64,000 bases of DNA from Podarcis muralis (Eukaryota), in assembly GCF_964188315.1 (NCBI RefSeq), contig NC_135667.1:15562001-15626000 (forward strand), in the 5' to 3' direction. The position numbers were made by a program, and so were the translations under genes. The notes under the pieces were generated by a model. The model worked only from the letters and a program-made list of their open reading frames with translations. It ran no database searches and had not been told where the DNA came from. Shown one piece after another: positions 49,101-60,498 of this stretch; positions within the stretch are counted from its first letter, which is position 1, and every line of letters begins with the position of its first letter.

Positions 49101-52100
49101 CAAAATTCCCTCACCTCTCTCTTTCCATACTACTCAATTCACTATGTTATAGTTGCAAAGCCCTGCAGTACCCTCTAGGAACCAGTCTCACTGCCCAAAA
49201 TTCGCCTCTAGTGTGGATTGTGGCTAATGCCATGTTTCTGTCTCAGGGTTGGCCCAATACATTTTTCTACCTGAGGCAAACCAGAAAATACCCCCTATGC
49301 AACCTGATTAAGACACTGAACAGAAACCAGGTGATCACTACTACCCACTATGATCTTAGACACATCCTCTTAATCCTTAAAAAAAAAAAAAGATTTCTTC
49401 AGTGTTGTTGAGAGCACATTGAGCAGCAGGTTGGCCTTGGTGACTTCCAAAGTCTGTTCCAACCCCAAAATGCTGTTATTCCATTCAGAGCAAAAGCTCA
49501 GCCTTGGTCAACCTCGTGGTAGGGCCATCTCATCTCTCCTACTGACCTTGTTCTGGATGTGGGCCTGAAAACTTCAGCTCCTCTGAAAGAGACCAGGAAA
49601 GAGGCAGTCAGAGAGGGCATGTAGATGGGATGTCCTTTCCATCCTGCCTCCTGAGCTATGGCCCAACCTTGTGGTCCTCCCTCAGCCAAAGCTCACCTTG
49701 CCTCACATGGGCCTCCCAGACCAGTTCATTCGTGCTCCTCTCTATCAGGTTGAAGTTGAGCTTGTCTTGCGTGAATTCAGCACTGATTTCGAGGAACTGC
49801 TCCTCCATGTATTGAAGCTCCAGTTCCTGTGAAAAAGCTCTGTAGGTGTGAATGTGACTTACCGGTAACTGATGGACATTTTATCTCCAAATGCTGAGAA
49901 GAAGCTGAACTGAACTAGCAGACTTTACTCTGGGCATAATCACACTCAGACTCTGGGTTTAGGAGATGCAAACAGCCATGGTTGTTTTTGCATCTCAGCA
50001 GGAGAGACACCAAAAATGTCTCCTTTACCAAGATGAGGATGAAGAAAAAGGAAGTAGTAAATGACATATCAGTGTAGCACCTGAGAGGACGTCAGCACAG
50101 GTTAGGTCAGACAGGACAATCTAGGAAACCAGGAAGTCTCTGTCCTCCTCTGTCTCCCTTTCCCCATGCAGACATATCTGCCTCAAGTGCAAGCTGATGC
50201 ATCACACCACTTCCGATGTAATTCCCCCACCTCCCCACCATTCAAAAGGGGGTAAACAAAAGACTGAAGGGATCCTGGTTTGCTTCCTCCCATTGTTAAA
50301 AACCTCACAGCCTTGGTTCCCTCCAGGCAACCCCTGTAATCATCTCTGGTCTCCTACCTCAGGGCAGACTGTGACGCCATCTAAATTTTGGATGAAGACG
50401 CGAGAGCCAATCTTCAGAGGCTTGAGTGCTCCAGAGGGTTTTGGCAGTCTCCTTGAAGGCCACATTTCCTCAAATTTATAGACATTCTGGGAACGGCAAA
50501 CATGGTCACTTTGGAGACATGAAAGGAAGACACCAAATCTATGGAACACTGGGTCCCTTTGCTTACTCCTGGATCTCGGATAGAGAGAGATCCAAAAGAG
50601 ATGTCTCCTCTCCCAAGGATGGCATGGAGAAGAAGGAAGTAGAGGTCAGCAACCCAAAGAATTTCACTCTAGCCTGAAGGAAGGTCAGCAAAGGTTAAAG
50701 GACAGTCTAGGAAAACTTAGAGAGTCCTCTCTCTAACTACTTTCACCCATGCAGCTACATCAGCCTTCAGCACATACTGAGCTGCATCCCAGCACTTCCA
50801 ACAGAACAGGCATTCAATAGTATCATTGTTTTCATAATCAAAATCTGACTAATAATCTAGCCTGCCCGGAACACAAATCAGAGTTGGAGATTCTTAGTTA
50901 CCTTTCTTAGGGAAGAGTCATTGGGTAGGAGGTACAGGTGGAATTTTGGGACACCAGAGATTTCCAGCTCCTGATAGAGCAGTGCCATGGCGTGGACCAT
51001 TATCTTTCGCTTAAACAATGCCTTTTTGAAGATGACCCCACAGGTATAGAAGCGGGGGGCTTTCAATACAGCATGATACGGCTGCACGCGATCTGGCTTC
51101 TTCAGTCTCATCTTCCCTTCAACAAAATGTGCTATGTAGACATGGGAACTGTCTTTCCCTGAAAAGAAACACAAGGGAAACATGGGCAAACAGTTCACTA
51201 TACTGCAGACTTGAGTTTGGGTGAGAAAACTCACCCCTTCTCCCTTCCTGTTTAATGCAAGTCAAGCCACTGGCCTGATCCAGCAGACCCATTCTATGTT
51301 CTTAAGTGTTTATTTTGTTATCATAATCTAGAGGTGTTTTTAAAAGCCTGCATTACAGAGCAATGTCCTCCCAAAGCAAGTTACAGGACAAAATACAGTA
51401 TACAGTAAGTACAAAGTATAGTAAGTCAAAGAAAAAAGCAGAATTCTAGCAAAAAGACAGAATTCTTGCAAAATCAAAAGAAGCCACAAAAGGCAGATAA
51501 AGCATTGTGATCCACTGAACCAGCCCATAGCATTATTCAGCCAATAAGGAATGTACATGATAGACAAAAGGAAGAATCTTAAACAGGAATGGATATTACC
51601 ACTCTATTCTTGGAAGCTTTTCTTCCTACCATACCTGTGAGACACAAGAAGTGAGGGAAGTGAACTTCTGCCACAGCTTCTTCTGCATCCGCTTGGATGT
51701 TGAGCAAAGGACCAGCAACAGCCAGCTCTATCATTTGCCATTCGTGCAGGTGTTGAGTCCATGAATCAAAGTGGTATGTTATGGTCACAGCTCCCCTTAC
51801 CTTAAATATAAGATCAGTACAACAGCAAAGGAAGGAGCCAGCTTCAGTGAAGCAAAATCTGAAGGCGAGAAAGACAAAAGGTGTCGAAAGAGATTGATGC
51901 ATCTTCCTCTACTGTTACGGCTGATACTCTTATAAGCAATTTGTGGGTCGTGTCAAATGTGCTCTCTTGATAACAATGATCATTAGCAGTATTTCAGTCC
52001 AGCATTGACTGGAATTTTGGTACTTAACTTTTGGCTCTTCATCTGATACTGTGCTGTGGCATGGGCGAGGGGCAGGATTTATGTTAGGGGGTACATGCTT

Positions 52101-53856
52101 TATGTCCACTACTCATCTTCCACAGCGATGTGCACCCACAGGGGCAAGCAGAGTATGCCTAGAGAGCATCACAATGTGGGAGCATCACCATATCCATATG
52201 CAATGCAGAAAACATTCTCTGATGGAAGTACTACTCGCCTGTAAGTTTCATGGCTCCTTTGTGAATCCCAAACTTTCTCTGGTCTTATCTTTCCTGGAAG
52301 CTCCTATAACAAAGAATAAAGGGTCCGAATTGATACCATATTCCTCCTCCTATCTGAAAATAAGAACACCCACTATGACCACATCAAGGATCCCTTCTTG
52401 AGCTCCACTCCACAGCTCCACATTGCTAAAAGCTCTTTATACCTGCTGCATTCTGTATTCATTTTTAGTATAGTAATTAGACCTGTGCTGAATTCTGAAA
52501 TACTGTGTGAACTGCTGATCCATTAAAAAAAACAACTTTAAAAGAAGATATAATCTTCCAAAATATCTCATTATGGTGATTATAGCATGGCTGCAACCCA
52601 AACATCCATTAACATTTCATCCCCAAGTACTGATGAGGGGGAAGAAGGGTACACTGTGGGTTGGCACTTGGTGTCCATCCATACCAGATTCTCCCACTCT
52701 CCTTTCACCCAGAGAATTATTTCTGGAGACAACTGTGGACATGGCAATATTGGAAAGTACTGTACCACAATGCATGCAAATGAAGAAACATTTAAGCAGG
52801 AGGATTGAAATGTAACAAACAGCTGGACCCCCCACAAAATATGAGTGAGATTCCACACTAAACTAGAAACACAATGTGATAAGTGCCCTTTGTCCACTTG
52901 CCATGGTTTATTAGCACATGGAGCCCCCTGTTTTGATGCAGCCAGTACAACCCTTACCTCGCTGGGACACTGGATGCACATGACGCTTTCTCCAGGATCT
53001 TCAGAATGCTCCATTTTCTGGTTCCTCGTTTCCTTTCTGAATAGGAGGGATTCAGACTGCAGCACTGACTGGTCAGAAACCTGGACTTTATTTTTAAACC
53101 AATATGACTGTTGTGAAAATGAAGAAAGGTGCAAAAAATGACCTTGAGGAATAAGAATGACGTGAAGTCAAATCCACCCAGTACTGCAAATAGCAGGATC
53201 CGAACAGAAGCCGGACGTACCATTTCTAAACATTCCAGGAACCGACAACAAGCTTGTTCTCCCCTTTCCAGGATTATACTTAGCAATTTTTTGATTTTCT
53301 CTTTAGAATCTTTCTCCATTTTGAAAACATTCTTGTATTCTTGTAGTGTGATGACAGAGCAAGAGTGTAGGGTGTGCAAAACGAAGTCTAGGTCCTCTTC
53401 AAGAATTTCAATCAACTGTTCTCTTCCCTTGCAGATCATCTCATCACTAAAGAATGCGTATCTTTTCAACGACCTGTGGCAGAAACAGAAGCAGGGGAAG
53501 AACTGGAACCTGGTTAGGTGGCCAACTTGCAGCCAGTGGACCATCGGTAGCTCTCAGCTGCACACCCTGGGGCCCACCAAGACTTGGGGAACCTTGCCTT
53601 CTTTTCTTAGCCTTAAGCTGTGCAATTTCACCATCAATTTCACCTGGTGTGCCAGCAGGTGAAGAGGGAGCTAAAAGCGTACGTGTGAAATGAGCGGAGG
53701 GGAAAGTGGTGTGTGCAAGAGAGAGTGGGAATGAGAATTGTGAAGGTGGGTGTGTCTGTGCACATATCTGAGCAAGTGTGCAGCCCCCAACACACTACTC
53801 ACCTGCACACACAACCCTCAGGGATAAAAAGATTGCCCTGCTGTCCCCTATTCTAG

Positions 53857-53915
<59 letters not shown>

Positions 53916-56900
53916 ATTTATACCCTGTCCATCTGGCTGGGTTTCCCCAGCCACTCTGGGCAGCTCCCAAGAGAATATTAAAAACATGATAAAACATCAA
54001 ACATTAAAAACTTCCCTAAACAGGGCTGCCTTCAGATGTCTTCTAAAAGTCAGATAGTTGTTTATTTCCTTCCTTGACATCTGATGGGAATCTATTAAAA
54101 AGACTCCCTCGAATATCCTCCCAGCAACCCCAGTCAGTTCTTATCTTTAGTCCTTATCTTAGCATTATTATCTTTATATGGGCAGGATGGGGGAGGCTGA
54201 GAAACAGTCCACACAGTGGTTTCGTTGTAGAGGCAAGATCTGACTCGGACTTCCCTCTTTCACAGCTCACTATATTCCAGCGGCTCTGCACCTTTATGGT
54301 TGTGGAGTGAGGCTGGCTTGAAAAGTATCTGGCAGCCTGACAGCTTCAGCAGAAAATATGCACTTTGGTTTTACTGCCCAACGGTTGACTTAGAAAGTCA
54401 TCTGTGGGCAGGAAAGGGAAAGGTTCAACATGGTGATTTGAAAAATATTCTTTCTTCCAAGCAGCCTTTTCCTTTAAAAAGCACACACGAAATTAGTAAA
54501 TTGGCGCTAAAGCATTTATTTGTTTTAAGCAGAAGAGCTTGCTAAATTACTTATAATGTTTACAGTGGTACCTCGGGTTAAGTACTTAATTCGTTCCGGA
54601 GGTCCGTTCTTAACCTGAAACTGTTCTTAACCTGAAGGACCACTTGAGCTAATGGGGCCTCCTGCTGCCGCCGTGCAATTTCTGTTCTCATCCTGAAGCA
54701 AAGTTCTTAATCCGAGGTACTATTTCTGGGTTAGCAGAGTCTGTAACCTGAAGCGTATGTAACCTGAAGTGTATATAACCTTGAGGTACCACTGTGTGTG
54801 TGTGTGTATATATTTCAGATATATACGTTTCACTGATTTTACAATCATTTTGACATTTAAAAAATTTACTTCCTTCCCCTTCTTCATGCAGTTCCTTAAA
54901 TTTATTTTTAATATTTTCTGCATATCCAGATTAACTTAACTTACTCATTTATTTATCTTCTTTATATATATACTCTTATGTAGCTGCAGGTTGTTACAAT
55001 AATCCTGCCAGTGTTTTTATCTGTTTACAATTTATCTGTAAATATTCAATGAACCATTTCCATTCTTTTATATAAAAAAGTTTGTTATCTTGGTTTCTTA
55101 CTCTTCCGGTAAGTTTCTCCATTTCTGCATATTCCATAAGTCTTTGTATCCATTCTTCCTTTGCTTGGACTTCTTCTTCTTTCCATTTTTGGGCAAGTAA
55201 CATTCTTGTCATATAATGTTTAAAATTGAAGTGTTTTGCATTGAGAGTGTAGTTTGCTGTAGTGTTAACTGAGAGGGGAAAACACATTGCTAAAATGGTG
55301 GCTTCAGTCACTTAAGTAAAGTGTAGAAATTACCCTTTAGTGGCTCTTTCTGATGAAAGCAGTTCCTCCAGACCTTGAATAATTTTTGAAGACAATACTA
55401 CAGCTGTCCGATGCCTTGAAACATGCTTTTCAGGGGGTTGCTCTGCTGTTAGATATATTGAGAAAGTGAGTACACATAAACAGTTTTAGTTAATCAAACC
55501 CATGGCCTAGCTGAAGTTCTGCCAGAACCTTCAGGGCCAGGAGGCATATGTAAGCAGAGGGGAAGGGATAATATTGTTCTGAAGTGATGGCATTGATTTT
55601 ATAAAATCATTGTGAAACTTGAAGAGATACTGATTTCAGAGTCTTCCCTCCGATTTTGTCCAGAATACATATTCAGAATGCTGCACAGATTTGAGACACA
55701 CCCAAAGCCCTTCCAAGAAGCTTCCTTTACACCCAGCCCCACTCCTAGAAGAAGACCATCAGACTCAGCCAATGTTCTCCCTTCCAAGTTCCTTACCTTT
55801 CCCGATGAGACGAAAGAGCCATTCTGGCAAGGGCTCACATTCAATGGCCTTCAGCACCTCTGACACCACCTCCACAGAATAATCCTCAGCACAGTATGTA
55901 AGCAGCAATTCTGTGAGCTCCCAAAGATTTGCTTCCTCCAGCAACCCCTTGGGGATACTGACATAGCCTTCCTTGAAGGGGAACACGCTGAGTTTATCCT
56001 TGAACTTCTTCAGATCTGACTCCTTCAAGGTTTTCAGGGTGACCAGCAGGCATAGATGTGTAATCCTTACTGTTGGAATTATTGGTGTTAGTAGCAGTAT
56101 TGAACAGAAAAAACCCAGCCTACATTCCCCTTCCCCTTCTCTTCCTGTTGGAAAACCTTGAATAGGTAGCACTAAGTGGGAAAGGGCCGTGGATCAGTGG
56201 TAGATCACATGCATACAAAGGATCCCAGGTTGAATCCCTGGAATCTCCAGATAGGGCTGGGAAATATTCCTGCCTAAAACCTTGGAATGAGCTGGACCAA
56301 CTGGTCCAATGTGCCCTAAGGCAGCTTTCCATCTTTCTATGATTTCCAATGATTCCAGCAATTCAGCCTGACTCAGAAGACAGAAAAAACTCCAAGGGGG
56401 TTAGGAAGGCCTGAAGACTCTCTTAATTTACACGCCTCTTCTTAGCTATTTGCAGGCTTCAAACATGAAGGAAAGAAGACTGCATTCCACAAGGAAAAAT
56501 CTGAACCCCAAGTCCAAAGGACCACAAGAAATTCATGTAAACTGTTTCTTTGCTGTTCTCTGCATCCTAAGATGAAGATACCGTATTTGCAATTTATTAA
56601 GCATTGGCAAGGGACACAGGTGGCGCTGTGGGTTAAACCACAGAGCCCAGGACTTGCCGATCAGAAGGTCAGTCGTTCGAATCCTCACGACGGGGTGAGC
56701 TCCCATTGCACAGTCCCAGCTCCTGCCAACCTAGCCGTTCAAAAGCACGTCAAAGTGCAAGTAGATAAATAGGTACCGCTCTGGCGGGAAGGTAAATGGC
56801 GTTTCCGTACACTGCTCTGGTTTGTGAGAAGCGGCTTAGTCATGCTGGCCACATGATCCGGAAGCTGTACCCCGGCTCCCTCGGCCAATAAAGCGAGATG

Positions 56901-58106
56901 AGCGCCGCAACCCCAGAATCGGCCACAACTGGACCTAATGGTCAGGGGTCCCTTTACCTTTACCTTTAAGCATTGGCAATCCGATTGTTGAAAGCTGCTG
57001 AGAATTGCTGCCATCAGCCAAAAGCTTTCTATAGAAAACAGTGCATGTACTAAAAATATCTCAGCTTGATATTTTTTGTTATTTATTGCTGCACTTTGGG
57101 GCTAGGCTAATCTAGGAGCAGGGAGTCTCAAGCCCTGTGGCCAAATGGGCTCCTCTAGACCCCTCCTTCAAGCCCTTGGAATGCTCCCCAGGCCACACCC
57201 CTCACTGACCCCGCCTGGAAACCCTCCTGGGGTGTCTCTGCCTTCCTGAAATGGGGCCTTGAGCTCCGATCAGGGCTGGCGCACTCATGAGGCAAGGTGA
57301 GGCATGATCCACAGGGGCAGCAGATCCCAATGCAGATCGTTATTCCCCACCTTGTTCCTGATGTTCCTTCTTCCCTGGTGGGGAGCCATTTTTCTTCTTT
57401 CGCCTCAGGCGCTAAACTCTCTTGGGGCAGCCCTAGCTCCGATAATGCTTCTTTCTAGTCTAGATGGAGGGCAGAGGGATGTGTGAAAACACTAGCCCAC
57501 TTTACACAGGTAACAGTGACACCCATCATTCTGCTCCCTTTCACTGCTGGTCTTGCCTTTGCTGGAAAAGTTGCCCCACCCCTGGGCGACTACAGCCATG
57601 GGAAGGAGCTGTGCTGTCAGTACAAACAGAACCCCGAGGTGTCACCACCACCAGCCAGATGGATCCACCCCTCTCCGGAGATCCTTACTTAGCCTGATGA
57701 AAACAAAGAGAGAGCCCACCGGGGGCTTGTAGTCCATCGCCTGCAGCACCAGCGCCGTCACCTCCACGGCATAAGCCTCGCCATAGTACTGGATTAATAG
57801 ATCCCTGAGCTGCCGAGCATCGGCTTCCCTCAGCAACCTTTTGGGGATTCTTCCGACGCCCTCCTTGACCGGGAATCTGAGCAGTTCGCCCTTGAATTTC
57901 CTCCAGTCCTCGTCCCGCAAGTCCAGCAAGGTGCCCAGAAGGAGGAGAGGGGCGCAGTGAATCGCCCAAGGCTGCGGCTCCAGAAAGAGCGAGGGACCCG
58001 CTTTGGGCAGCCGCGTCGCGGGGAAAAGGCTGCCCTCGTCGTCCCCCTTTCTTGGGGGAGCTGTGAAGGAGAGGGCCGGGAGATTGAGGACGATCTTCTT
58101 CGACAT
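40460..58106 (-). CDS. Gene C: PYD - PYD - CARD - CxxC - FIIND1 (F-Y) - CxxC - FIIND2 (F-S) - CARD protein, up to ~1096 aa
   Basis: Exons 58106-57689, 56069-55797, [53670-53598 tentative], 53473-53221, 53107-52958, 52303-52239, 51858-51635, 51158-50902, 50486-50358, 49826-49697, 49582-49547, 48945-48869, 48510-48436, 47881-47817, 45967-45744, 45394-45150, 44174-44052, 43878-43737, 43622-43572, 40740-40460. The chain 53473-40460 is phase-consistent; the PYD2-to-CARD link is uncertain. Confidence 0.7.
42586..42925 (-). mobile_element. Sauria-type SINE with (GTAAG)n tail (42537-42590), nested in a Tigger-like element
   Basis: Reverse complement of the SINE consensus seen elsewhere in the window. 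Confidence 0.85.
43060..43150. repeat. (TATC)n microsatellite
   Basis: Directly visible. Confidence 0.95.
43737..44174 (-). CDS. Gene C FIIND2 UPA exons (44174-44052, 43878-43737)
   Basis: AVDKREV...KPLMIGSQ; ELHFQY...EVVWKAHLKK. Confidence 0.86.
45150..45394 (-). CDS. Gene C FIIND2 exon with canonical site (ENPKF-SSLG)
   Basis: IAHF...LEKPDRVEPHHAVLENPKFSSLGV...FHLYVLPND. Confidence 0.92.
45744..45967 (-). CDS. Gene C FIIND2 ZU5 exon
   Basis: EAGSFQC...VAGPLLNFK...IPHFLCL. Confidence 0.92.
46212..47084 (-). mobile_element. Solo LTR (inverted) with nested Sauria SINE fragment (46421-46665)
   Basis: tgtgggaatg...acatcccaca; near-TSD caaac/aaaac. Confidence 0.7.
48436..48945 (-). CDS. Gene C duplicated inter-FIIND linker exons (48945-48869, 48510-48436)
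   Basis: GEQRSMKMENPVGSGEIITSNWCLSE and REGSMKMENSAGSGESVPCGRCPSE; phases 1-0 and 0-0. Confidence 0.7.
49697..50486 (-). CDS. Gene C FIIND1 UPA exons (50486-50358, 49826-49697)
   Basis: NVYKFEE...KPLKIGSR; ELELQYMEEQF...ELVWEAHVRQ. Confidence 0.86.
50902..51158 (-). CDS. Gene C FIIND1 exon with non-canonical site (APRF-YTCG)
   Basis: IAHF...LKKPDRV...HAVLKAPRFYTCGV...FHLYLLPNDSS. Confidence 0.92.
51635..51858 (-). CDS. Gene C FIIND1 ZU5 exon
   Basis: EAGSFLC...VAGPLLNIQA...FPHFLCL. Confidence 0.92.
53221..53473 (-). CDS. Gene C internal CARD exon (different type from the terminal CARD)
   Basis: EMICKGREQLIEILEEDLDFVLHTLHSCSVITLQEYKNV...KIKKLLSIILERGEQACCRFLECL fits the CARD pattern. Confidence 0.85.
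53857..53915. repeat. (CAA)n microsatellite
   Basis: Directly visible; tail of a LINE-like fragment. Confidence 0.95.
54800..55230 (-). mobile_element. L1 3' fragment
   Basis: MLLAQKWK...EEWIQRLMEYAEMEKLTGRVR. Confidence 0.7.
55797..56069 (-). CDS. Gene C second PYD exon (phase 1-1)
   Basis: LLVTLKTLKESDLKKFKDKLSVFPFKEGYVSIPKG...; TACTAAC branch point, ccaacag acceptor, G|GTAAGG donor; 273 nt. Confidence 0.85.
56610..56968 (+). mobile_element. Sauria-type SINE
   Basis: Full-length; flanked by repeated ttaagcattggcaa. Confidence 0.88.
57689..58106 (-). CDS. Gene C exon 1: short extension plus first PYD
   Basis: LLLGTLLDLRDEDWRKFKGELLRFPVKEGVGRIPKRLL...YAVEVTALVL; phase-1 donor A|GTAAGG. 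Confidence 0.82.
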
Positions 58107-60039
58107 CGCGCTCCTTCCCCGCCAGCCCCAGCGCAGCAGAAAACACGGCCACCCAAAGACCCAGATCTGGAGACTCTGCCAAGGGAAGTGGGTGCCAGCT
58201 CGCGGCGCCTGACTCCCCGGGGTAGAGAGGCTTGGCGCGAGGGCAGCAGCGGGAAACCCGCTCCGAGCGCCGCCGGCTCTCTCTCCTCTCCTGGTCTCTT
58301 TCTGTTCCCTTTGGCGAGGAAACTCTCCTTAAAGATCCTTCCCTCCGGCAGCTGCAGGAGACTCGAGGGCGGGGTTTCGCTTCACCTTTCGAGCTCACCT
58401 GCTGCCCAGCCCTGCGCTGGAAGAACTTGGCCCAGAGGTTCCTCGAGGAAGGACTCCGAAGCGCAATTCTCCAAGGGGAAGAGAATTCGCTCTCTCGCTC
58501 TTTCTTTGCGCAGGATCTGAAGCAGGGATGAGCGCCCGGACCGTGGGACAGGAAAACACGTGAGTGTGCGAGAAGAAACTACTCGTCCTTCGCGAATTTA
58601 AAGCAACCCCCCACCCAAAAAGCAATACTGTATTTTGTTAAGGGTGCTGGGACGCGTCTGAGAGGCCTTCTTGGGGGTGGGCTTGAGATGCGTGTCGGCA
58701 GCTTCTAGCGCTTTTGTTGTGCTCTCCAGCGCTAGGTTTCTTTCTCCTTTGGGGGATGTTCTTACTAATTCCCGACCCACAAAGGGCTGGAGGAACTCCT
58801 TAACCGAGTCCCCCGGTAAGTTTTGTGACGCAACAAGTATTATTATTATTTTTTAACATACAAGCATGTGATTGCAACAGGTAAAATCTTCTCTCTAGCC
58901 AGATTCAACAGCCACGCGGCTGCACCTTCTGTGTTACAATAAGTAATTGGCTCAGTTATTCCAGCGATTAATATTCCATTTCTGCACCCACATCCTGTCC
59001 CCTGGCAGGTCTCATACAAGAATTCAAGACCTCTACATCCTCCCTGAAGTGATGTGAGGAGGGGAGAGAGGAGTATCCTCAGCATCCTATAGAGCTGGAG
59101 GGAGTTTTGTAGGCCATGTGGCCTGAGGCAGGAAATCCAGCCCTACAGCATTTTCAGCAGGTGGCTGTCAAGACTCTGCCTGAAGACCTCCAAATGAAGC
59201 AGCTCCTCACCCCAGGAACTGGCTCCATGAAACCATAGGATAAATTCACAAAGTCTCCTGCTGACATTAATCAAAACAAGTCCAGGTATGTATTTTAGGG
59301 CACTGTTTTGTGAAGTATTCTCTGCATTTCCCCCATGCTTTTTGAAACTCTTGTCTGGTGTGATCTCTACATAATTGCCTCTGTTAATCTAGCCAGTCCA
59401 ATATACTCTAACAGTTTGTCTTGCCAGTCCTTTTTTGTCGGTACAGTTTCTTTTTTCCAGTTTTTAGCAATTTGTGGATATTTAAGTTATAATTAGAAAA
59501 ATCTTAATAATTATTCATAAAGGAAACAGCTTATAAGAAGTAAATAAGGAGGCCAGATACAGGATAAAGGAAGTCTTTTATTTGGTTGTTTGTATTGTTG
59601 TATGTTATGCTCATTGTATGTTATGTTCACGTTTAATGAGGGTGGATTTCTGTATTGGGGGGGTGGGAGGTTTATGTTAGGTTGTAAATAAAATTCCAAT
59701 AAAAATTAAAAAGAAAAGAAAAGAAACCATAGGATAAATCACCAGATAAAACTCTTCCTGCAGTTTCATGCAAATGCCAAGCTGCATAAGCGACCAGGTG
59801 ATTTTCTGCAGGAACCCACAAGCCCAAACGCCATGTATGTATGAATTCATGCCAAACCTTTTTCCACCTTGCTGTCAACAAGGAAGAGATCACCGCCCTA
59901 CAGTGCATTATACTGCTTATAATGTTTAATCTTGTTTACAGTAACATGCCTGAAACTCTCCTGCATCAGCAAACTTTATTATCTGGATTGGTAGGCATAA
60001 AAATAAAGATCAACTCCTCTCCTCCCGATTTTTATGGCA

Positions 60040-60498
60040 AGGAAAAAAACCACGTATAAAATATAAACTGTTAACAGACACCAAAGAGAGGGGTGGATTT
60101 GGACTTCCGGATTGGAGAATTTACTACCAGGCTGCATGCTTAGAATGGATAAAAGACTGGGTTGTGCTAGGCAAAACAGAGATTCTAGACTTGGAAGGAT
60201 GGAACAACCGCTTTGGATGGCATGCCTATTTAATTTATGATAAAGTGGCAGTAAACAGGGAAGTCCTGAACCACATAGTCAGGAAGTCTCTATATAAAGT
60301 GTGGGCAAATTACCGATGGTTGTTAGAACCTAAAATACCATGGTGGTTATCCCCACTAGAAGTACTGGCAGTGAAAAGAGTAAATATGGAAAAGGGCTGG
60401 CCAACATATCAACAGTTACTAATAAAAGAGCACGGTGAGATAAAAATAAGACCCTATGGAGAGGTTAAGAACTGTTGTAACAGCTGGCTACAATATCA
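60040..60498 (+). mobile_element. L1-like ORF2 fragment (target of the copia insertion; probably continues after 63522)
   Basis: GFGLPDWRIYYQAACLEWIKDW... is an L1-type post-RT region. Confidence 0.6.

Noticed and set aside
48946-49546. A CARD exon or promoter separating FIIND1 and FIIND2 into two genes
   Set aside because: No CARD-like sequence or CpG-rich first exon in this 600 bp, and the flanking exon phases are compatible; not fully excluded without cDNA.
53778-53981. Poly-glutamine ORF
   Set aside because: Translation of a (CAA)n retroposon tail within an intron, on the opposite strand.
13890-58106. A canonical NLRP1 or CARD8 ortholog call
   Set aside because: No NACHT (Walker A/B) or LRR exons are present and orthology cannot be established by eye, so gene symbols are left empty.
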